Assembly (NCBI GenBank): GCA_046075565.1
Contig: JBJTQJ010000002.1
Span: 1-64,000 of the forward strand
DNA from: Verrucomicrobiales bacterium
GTDB taxonomy: Bacteria > Verrucomicrobiota > Verrucomicrobiia > Verrucomicrobiales > SLCJ01
Direction of reading: 5' to 3'
DNA: 64,000 nucleotides
Of the stretch, positions 57,778 through 64,000 are shown piece after piece. The notes below the pieces were generated by a model. It saw only the letters and a program-made list of their open reading frames with translations. It had not been told where the DNA came from and searched no databases. The position numbers and the translations under genes were made by a program. Within the stretch, counting starts at the first letter, position 1; each line of letters starts with the position of its first letter.

Positions 57778-59673
57778 ATGAGAACCCCGAGACTTCCCGC
57801 CCTGCTGACATCCGCCATGCTGCTGGCCACCGCCCTTGGGGCCTTCGCCGCCAAGAAGGATGAGGAGCAGATCCCGCTCACCCCGCTGGGCACCAAGTTG
57901 ATGGAAAAATTCACCAAGGAACTGGAAACCTTACGTGCCGAGGTTGTCGCGGCCGTGCCCCCGGTTGATGAGGTGAAAAAATCCCGTTTCCTTGAAATCC
58001 GGACCAAATGGAGCGCCATTCCGAACAAGGGAGAAGATACTCCGCCCGCCGAAGCCAAGACCATCGACGAAACAACTACCCAGACCCAAGCCGAAGCCTT
58101 GGAGTTGGGGGGCGAATTGCTCTCCGCTCTCCAACCGGTGCTTTCCTCGGATGCCCTCGATTCGAAACTGGTCCGCATTGCGATCTTGACCCATGCCACG
58201 CCGCGCGGCTTGGCTGAATTCGCTCAACAGGGGCCGGAAAAGGAAAAGCTCTTGGAAACACTTTTCGCCGACGAACCGCTGATGCGCGAAATCGTCGGGG
58301 CAGGCGGTGCCAATGGCGGCGAATACGGGGAAATGATGGAAGTTTACACGGCCATTCTCGCGAAGAGTGAACGGGCCCGCGAACGAGGCTCCATTTTCCA
58401 GCGCCTTGCCCTCGGCACCGCGATACAGATGCCGTGGCTACAGGGACAACCCGAGTCTGGCGTGCACGGAATCGTTCATCCCGACTGCAGCGGCATCGAG
58501 CAAGTCGGCCGCTATCTCCACTATGAGAAGGCCCACCTCGACGGCGAACTTGATCCCGCTTTCAAGGATATGAATACGTGGGAGTGCCGGTTTATTACCA
58601 ACTCCGAATACAGCAATGAGGATCTGGCGTGGACCCGTCGCATGATGCGCATTTACCGGCCGGATCACATCACCATGGACGATTACAACTGGCGATACGT
58701 GCGTTTTATCAAGAGCGATGTGCCCTACTGTAGCACTACGGAGGACCTCTCGCTGGGCACGAGGCCGCAAATGGAGGCTGCCCTCGGTGGTGTCTGCGGG
58801 CGGCGCGCGTTCCTTGGTCGGCTCACTACCCGCGCCTTTGGTATTCCGACCCGCAGATCCACTCAGACCGGCCACGCCGCCTTGAATCACTGGACGCCTG
58901 ATGGCTGGGTTATCTGTCTCGGTGCCTGGTGGTCGGTCGCCTATTGTGGCCCCCAGGGTGGCCTCGACTTCCTGCTCGATTCCCAGGCCCGCGAATTCGA
59001 GGGCGATTACAAGATGGTGTGCCGTGCACAATGGCTCGGGGATGCTTTCAATGAGGAGGATGTCAGCATCAAACATGGCAGCCTTGGCAAAGGCGGCGGC
59101 TTCTGGGACGGGCTCGCGTTCGTCAAGAAACAAATCATCGTCGAGAAGGCCAAAGTCGAAGCCTTGGAATTGGTCGGTGGCATGAAGTTGGGTGAATCCG
59201 ACGAACTGATCGGCGATGAAGTCGGTGCCGAGATTGAAATCCCAGAGGAATTCGCGACCATCACGACGGGTGGCGACGGCGTCATCTCCGTTCCCGCGGT
59301 CGGTTGTTATTCCCCGCGCAAGAGCTCCGATCGCATCCTCTTCATGAAAAGCTGGGAAGATGGCTACCAGCTCCACTACAGTCGTCTCGGGCAACAACCG
59401 GAGCTTTTCAAATACCGCGTCGAAGTACCAGCCGCCGGCGAATACGAATTGACCTGCCAGGCGGCGACCGTTTCTCCGAATGTGGAAGTCCTCGTGCGGG
59501 TGAATCGCGAGGAACCCGTCCCATTCGCCATGCCCTACAGCAAAGGAATGTGGGAGACTTCAAAGCCCACCCGCATCAAACTGGATGAAGGACGCAACGT
59601 GATCAGCGTGACCGCGCGCGCGCCCAACCGCGGCGTCAGCATCAAGAGCTGGCAGCTCAAGCCGGTGAAGTGA
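57778..59673 (+). CDS. Secreted hypothetical protein with Cys/His transglutaminase-like core and C-terminal CBM6/35-like beta-sandwich
   Basis: Signal peptide, GGVCGRRA...FGIP...QTGHAAL; C-terminal YRVEVPAAGEYEL...WET...IKLDEGRNVI. Confidence 0.7.
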   Translation: MRTPRLPALLTSAMLLATALGAFAAKKDEEQIPLTPLGTKLMEKFTKELETLRAEVVAAVPPVDEVKKSRFLEIRTKWSAIPNKGEDTPPAEAKTIDETTTQTQAEALELGGELLSALQPVLSSDALDSKLVRIAILTHATPRGLAEFAQQGPEKEKLLETLFADEPLMREIVGAGGANGGEYGEMMEVYTAILAKSERARERGSIFQRLALGTAIQMPWLQGQPESGVHGIVHPDCSGIEQVGRYLHYEKAHLDGELDPAFKDMNTWECRFITNSEYSNEDLAWTRRMMRIYRPDHITMDDYNWRYVRFIKSDVPYCSTTEDLSLGTRPQMEAALGGVCGRRAFLGRLTTRAFGIPTRRSTQTGHAALNHWTPDGWVICLGAWWSVAYCGPQGGLDFLLDSQAREFEGDYKMVCRAQWLGDAFNEEDVSIKHGSLGKGGGFWDGLAFVKKQIIVEKAKVEALELVGGMKLGESDELIGDEVGAEIEIPEEFATITTGGDGVISVPAVGCYSPRKSSDRILFMKSWEDGYQLHYSRLGQQPELFKYRVEVPAAGEYELTCQAATVSPNVEVLVRVNREEPVPFAMPYSKGMWETSKPTRIKLDEGRNVISVTARAPNRGVSIKSWQLKPVK

Positions 59674-59717
59674 TTCCCCAATCGAAGTTCATCCAACCGC
59701 CCGAAGTTTCATCCGCC

Positions 59718-62414
59718 ATGAGAACGTTTTCCTCCCGCCAACGGAAACTGATGCTGCTTGTCTCCTGCCTCGGTATTCTGCTTGTTCCTGTCGCGGACAC
59801 GCTGGCCCAGGATGCCGCTCCAGCCGCCATCACGAAGGAAACCATCGCCGAACTCGACAAGGCGTTGCAAGCGACCCGCGAGGGCTCATCCGAAGCACGC
59901 CAACGGCTGGCCGTGCGCAGGGTGATCCGCGATGCCGAGCAATTGGCCGCCGCCCACGAAACGGACAACAGCCGCTTCTTGGCGCTCGAATTCCTCTTCC
60001 GCGCGCGCCAGCAACTCGTCGCCCTCGACAAGGACGCGCAGCACCGGCAGGAGTTGCTGGAAACCTGCCGCGAACTGGTCAAGGCCCCCGACGAATTCGC
60101 CGATCTGCGTCTGGAAGCCGACCTGCTTCTCTCGCAGGCCGAACTGGCAAAACAAGGCGCGGGCAACGAGGCGCGCGCTGCCGCATTGCGTCCGTTTGTC
60201 GACCGCTACATCGACACCCCCGTGGGTGCGAAAGTCGTGCGGCTGGCCATGGTCATGGCCCTGGAACTCGGTGACAACCGTATGGTTAGCCATTTGCAGG
60301 AAACCATCGAACGCAGGTTCGCCGCCGACCTCGACATGATCAAATTCCAGCGCGACAAACTCGGCGGCCAGGTTATCTGTGCGCCCTTTGTCGGCAGCTT
60401 CGAGCGGACCGATGGCAAGACCATGCATTTTCCCATGGACGGGCTCGGCCGCTCGACCATGTTCCTTTTCTGGTCGAAGGATCAGGAAGGGGAGGAAACC
60501 CTCAAGGGCATCGCCGCCGCCGCCCTGGAGAAAAAGGAAGATTTGGCCGGTCGTCTCGAATTCGTCAGCGTCAATCTCGATGAATTGCCCGACGCCGGGG
60601 AATCATTTGTCCGCGGTCTCGGGGTGGATTGGAAAGTGCTCCGCCTTCCCGGCGGGAAAAACCATCCGATTTTTGACGCCTATGTTCGCTCGAACCTCCG
60701 CACCCTGACGATGAACCCGACCGGGCAAACCGCCCTCATCATGTCCGGAGCAACCAAGAACAAAGGGCAAACCGATAGCGGGTTCGACTACGCACGCATG
60801 CTCGGCTCATCCCTGGCCCGCGAGTGGACGGACGAGCGCTATGTCGCCCAACTGTCCTCGCTTTTGGTCGGCGATTTCCTGGTTTTCGATGCGGGGGGCC
60901 CATTCGACCCGTCCCTCCCGCCGGAGTTGAAGGCCGCTGCCGGAAACGGCGATGTGAAGCCCATGGCCCGTGATGGGGCCTGTGTGCCGGAGGAGACGCT
61001 GCGGGCCATCCAGGCTTGCTTCGTGGCACCGCCCTTGCGCTACCGGCTCTCCCATGCTGACATCCGTGTGAATTATACGAAAGCCGTCGAGTTGTGCCGC
61101 AAGGCCATGACCGACCATCCGAAGGCGCCTGATCTCTGGATGGTGCGCAACCGCCTCATCGTCGCCTTGATGGGGCTTTGGAAAAGCGATTCCGATCTCG
61201 CCCAATTGGATGCGGCCATCAACGAGGCCAAAGCAGCTCTCTCCGCCGGCTTCCCATCCGGCTGCGATGTCGTCGCCCGTTTTTGCCTCACTCGCAGGGA
61301 TCTCCGCGCCGCCGACGCGGAATCAAAGTCCATTCTCCAGCGGTTCGTGACCGAATGCGGCGGCGATAACGCCCCCGGCCCCGCCCTCGCCTCCGCCGCC
61401 ATGCTGGCCCTCGATGTGGCCGACCGCGGCAGTTTCGATACTTTCCGCACGCGCATCCTCAAGGACCACACCGAATCCCCGATGATGTGGACCTTCACCG
61501 CTTTCCTCCTCGATCGTTACCACGATTATTGGATCTTCCAGGTTCCTTTTACAGCCGGCTGGTCGTTCGGTCGTCGCCAGAGCTACTTCATGTCCAGGGG
61601 CGATACCGAAGAGGCCCATCGCATCCTGAATGCGGAGTTGCTTGCCGAAGATGGCAAACCCTTTCGTATCCCCGCCGATCTCGAAAAAGAGTACACCCTG
61701 ATCGTGTTCTCGCGGCCGAACCCATGGCGCAGCAAGGGTGATGACGGGCTTCCAGAGTCACCGGAGCGGTCACTTCATACCATGCTTGAATTCGCCGCTT
61801 CCCGTCCCGCCGGGGATGTGAAAGTCATGCTCGCCTTGTTCGGCGGTGACGCGGCAGCCACCCGCGCGGAGTTACTTTCCAGCCGGAGCAAAGTCGATTG
61901 CCCGGTCGTCACTTTACCCGGAGGTATGGATAATCCTTTGGTCCACCGCCTGGGCATCCTCTCCGAGGATCAAACTATCAACAGCGTGCTCATCCGCAAA
62001 GACGGACGGATCGTCGGTTTGATCTCCGGGATGGCAAAACAAGGTGGCCGCGGGGATCTGACCCTCGGCAATGTCATCACCCAGAATGATGAAGTGGCCA
62101 TCACGTCCGCCCTCGAACGCGGCGAAGTCGAGCAGGCCAAAGCGAAAATCCTCGCCCTCGCTCCGCCATACGATGAAACGGCTGTCGATGCCAAGGGCCG
62201 CAAACTCCCGAAGCCGACCTACAGTCTGGCCCACCTTCGCGCCCGGGCCCGGGTTTACATGGCTCTCAAGGAATGGGACAAGGCGCTCGCCGACGCCGAG
62301 GAAGTCGTCAAGCGCCAACTCGGCACCGACGGCGGCATGAGCCTGCGCACCAAAGAACTCGACGAATCCGAGGAATTGCGCGACAAAATTCTCGGCCTGC
62401 GGGGAGGAGATTGA
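59718..62414 (+). CDS. Large secreted hypothetical protein with thioredoxin-like and TPR-like segments
   Basis: Signal peptide; DGK..F...FLFW...EFVSVNLD (TlpA-like without CxxC); helical repeats. Alternative coupled GTG start at 59670. Confidence 0.7.
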   Translation: MRTFSSRQRKLMLLVSCLGILLVPVADTLAQDAAPAAITKETIAELDKALQATREGSSEARQRLAVRRVIRDAEQLAAAHETDNSRFLALEFLFRARQQLVALDKDAQHRQELLETCRELVKAPDEFADLRLEADLLLSQAELAKQGAGNEARAAALRPFVDRYIDTPVGAKVVRLAMVMALELGDNRMVSHLQETIERRFAADLDMIKFQRDKLGGQVICAPFVGSFERTDGKTMHFPMDGLGRSTMFLFWSKDQEGEETLKGIAAAALEKKEDLAGRLEFVSVNLDELPDAGESFVRGLGVDWKVLRLPGGKNHPIFDAYVRSNLRTLTMNPTGQTALIMSGATKNKGQTDSGFDYARMLGSSLAREWTDERYVAQLSSLLVGDFLVFDAGGPFDPSLPPELKAAAGNGDVKPMARDGACVPEETLRAIQACFVAPPLRYRLSHADIRVNYTKAVELCRKAMTDHPKAPDLWMVRNRLIVALMGLWKSDSDLAQLDAAINEAKAALSAGFPSGCDVVARFCLTRRDLRAADAESKSILQRFVTECGGDNAPGPALASAAMLALDVADRGSFDTFRTRILKDHTESPMMWTFTAFLLDRYHDYWIFQVPFTAGWSFGRRQSYFMSRGDTEEAHRILNAELLAEDGKPFRIPADLEKEYTLIVFSRPNPWRSKGDDGLPESPERSLHTMLEFAASRPAGDVKVMLALFGGDAAATRAELLSSRSKVDCPVVTLPGGMDNPLVHRLGILSEDQTINSVLIRKDGRIVGLISGMAKQGGRGDLTLGNVITQNDEVAITSALERGEVEQAKAKILALAPPYDETAVDAKGRKLPKPTYSLAHLRARARVYMALKEWDKALADAEEVVKRQLGTDGGMSLRTKELDESEELRDKILGLRGGD

Positions 62415-62545
62415 ACATTCGGGTGCTGCCGGGAGGAAAGACCTAGGAATTTCGACCTGCACCCCGCCGTCAGCATCTACTGGCCCGGCGGCAAACCGTG
62501 CAGATCCGTGGTCGACGGGAGCCGGGAGCGTGCTAGGGTAGGGAC

Positions 62546-63838
62546 ATGAATAGTTCCGTGCAAATCGAATGGGAAGGGAAATCGGTCGAACTGCCCGTCG
62601 TGGTGGGCACGGAGAACGAAGTCGCATTCGATATTTCGAAACTGCGTGCCGCCACCGGATGCATCACGCTGGACGACGGTTATGGCAATACCGGGTCCTG
62701 CGAAAGCGCCATCACCTTCATTGATGGCGAGGCCGGGATCCTGCGCTACCGCGGCATTCCGATCGAGGTTCTGGCGGAAAAGTCCTCGTTTGTCGAAACC
62801 GCATGGTTGGTCATCTACGGCAAACTCCCGACGAGTGCGGAATTGAGGACATTTTCCGAGTTGCTCACGCGCAATGAGATGCTGCACGAGGACATGAAGC
62901 ACCATTTCGAGGCGTTTCCGGCGAACGCCCACCCGATGGCCATTCTGTCCTCGATGATCAACGCGAGCAGTTGCTTCTACCCGGGCCTCCACGACGCGCA
63001 GAAGCGCCGGGAACGATTCCCCATCCATGCCGCGAGACTGCTCTCGCAGGTCCGGACCATCGCCGCCTTCTCCTACCGCAAATCCCGCGGGCTGCCCATC
63101 CTGTATCCGAAACCGGATTACAAGTTCACCGCGAACTTCCTGCATATGATGTTCTCGGAGCCGTATCAGGACTACCCGCTGGATCCGGTGGTCGTGCGCG
63201 CCCTCGACCTCATTTTCCTCCTTCACGCCGATCACGAGCAGAATTGTTCGACTTCGACGGTGCGGATGGTTGCCTCCAGTCAGGCGAATCTTTTCGCCAG
63301 TGCCGCCGCTGGTGTTTGCGCCCTCTGGGGACCGCTGCACGGTGGGGCCAACCAAGCGGTCGTCGAAATGCTCGAGGCCATCCACCGTTCCGGCGATGAT
63401 GGCAGCAAGTTCATCGCTGCCGCCAAAGACAAAACCGGAAATTCAAAGCTGATGGGCTTCGGCCACCGGGTTTACCGGAATTTGGACCCGCGCGCCCGCA
63501 TCATCAAGAAGGCCTGCGACGATCTCTTCGCCGCCCTGCATATCGAAGACCCCTTGCTCGACATCGCCAAACGCCTCGAAGAGACCGCTCTCGCCGACCC
63601 ATATTTTATCGAGCGCAAGCTGTATCCGAATGTCGACTTCTACAGCGGCATCATCCTCCGCGCCATCGGCATCCCCACGGAAATGTTCCCGGTCATCTTC
63701 GCCATCGGTCGTATGCCCGGCTGGATTGCCAACTTCAAGGAAATCCTCGAAGAACCCAAGACCCGCATCTACCGCCCCCGCCAGATTTATACCGGCCCCG
63801 CGTTGTCGGATTACGTGCCGCTCGCCGCAAGGAAGTAA
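62546..63838 (+). CDS. gltA: Citrate synthase (type II-like)
   Basis: [42 protein letters not shown] and YPNVDFYSG. Confidence 0.98.
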   Translation: MNSSVQIEWEGKSVELPVVVGTENEVAFDISKLRAATGCITLDDGYGNTGSCESAITFIDGEAGILRYRGIPIEVLAEKSSFVETAWLVIYGKLPTSAELRTFSELLTRNEMLHEDMKHHFEAFPANAHPMAILSSMINASSCFYPGLHDAQKRRERFPIHAARLLSQVRTIAAFSYRKSRGLPILYPKPDYKFTANFLHMMFSEPYQDYPLDPVVVRALDLIFLLHADHEQNCSTSTVRMVASSQANLFASAAAGVCALWGPLHGGANQAVVEMLEAIHRSGDDGSKFIAAAKDKTGNSKLMGFGHRVYRNLDPRARIIKKACDDLFAALHIEDPLLDIAKRLEETALADPYFIERKLYPNVDFYSGIILRAIGIPTEMFPVIFAIGRMPGWIANFKEILEEPKTRIYRPRQIYTGPALSDYVPLAARK

Positions 63839-63878
63839 GGGGGAGCGTTCAATCTTCGCCCGATACCGTGCGGACAGG

Positions 63879-63977
63879 GCAAGACCGGGACGGTCTTGCT
63901 ACAGCCCCTGTGGCGGCTCACAGGCGAATTCCCATTGAGTTTCCATGTCGGTCGTAGCAAGAGCGTCTCGCTCTTGC
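63879..63977. repeat. Inverted pair of GTAG-type REP elements
   Basis: GCAAGACCG-GGA-CGGTCTTGC-TAC (63879-63902) and GTA-GCAAGAGCG-TCT-CGCTCTTGC (63954-63977). Confidence 0.75.
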
Positions 63978-64000
63978 GCCGGAGGGGCCAAGATTGATCG

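Overview
This is a GC-rich bacterial chromosomal segment. Gene content and repeat style suggest the PVC superphylum, most likely Verrucomicrobiota; this is inference, as no rRNA or tRNA is present. It carries about 50 CDS. Housekeeping genes include dnaA-dnaN-(Gfo/Idh/MocA)-lpxB, gmk, coaC, phoH, a SurA-like PPIase and gltA. An accessory patch at 0.4-3.3 kb holds a DUF1963-like pseudogene, an AAA_14/DUF4143 ATPase and a four-helix-bundle gene flanked by 9-bp-periodic GTCAA arrays. Other loci are a secreted multi-domain GH57, a Tat-signal CxxCxGxG zinc-finger protein, a COG0523 GTPase with a Zur-like box, a 139-aa minimal kinase coupled to a PP2C phosphatase and a Phd-PIN toxin-antitoxin pair. 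Two larger systems are a sigma54-preceded transglutaminase/DUF2126/circularly permuted ATP-grasp/alpha-E peptide-ligation operon and a ~17 kb MoxR-DUF58-vWA operon ending in large secreted unknown proteins. No CRISPR array, transposase, integrase or prophage was recognised. All family calls come from motif recognition by eye, not from database searches.
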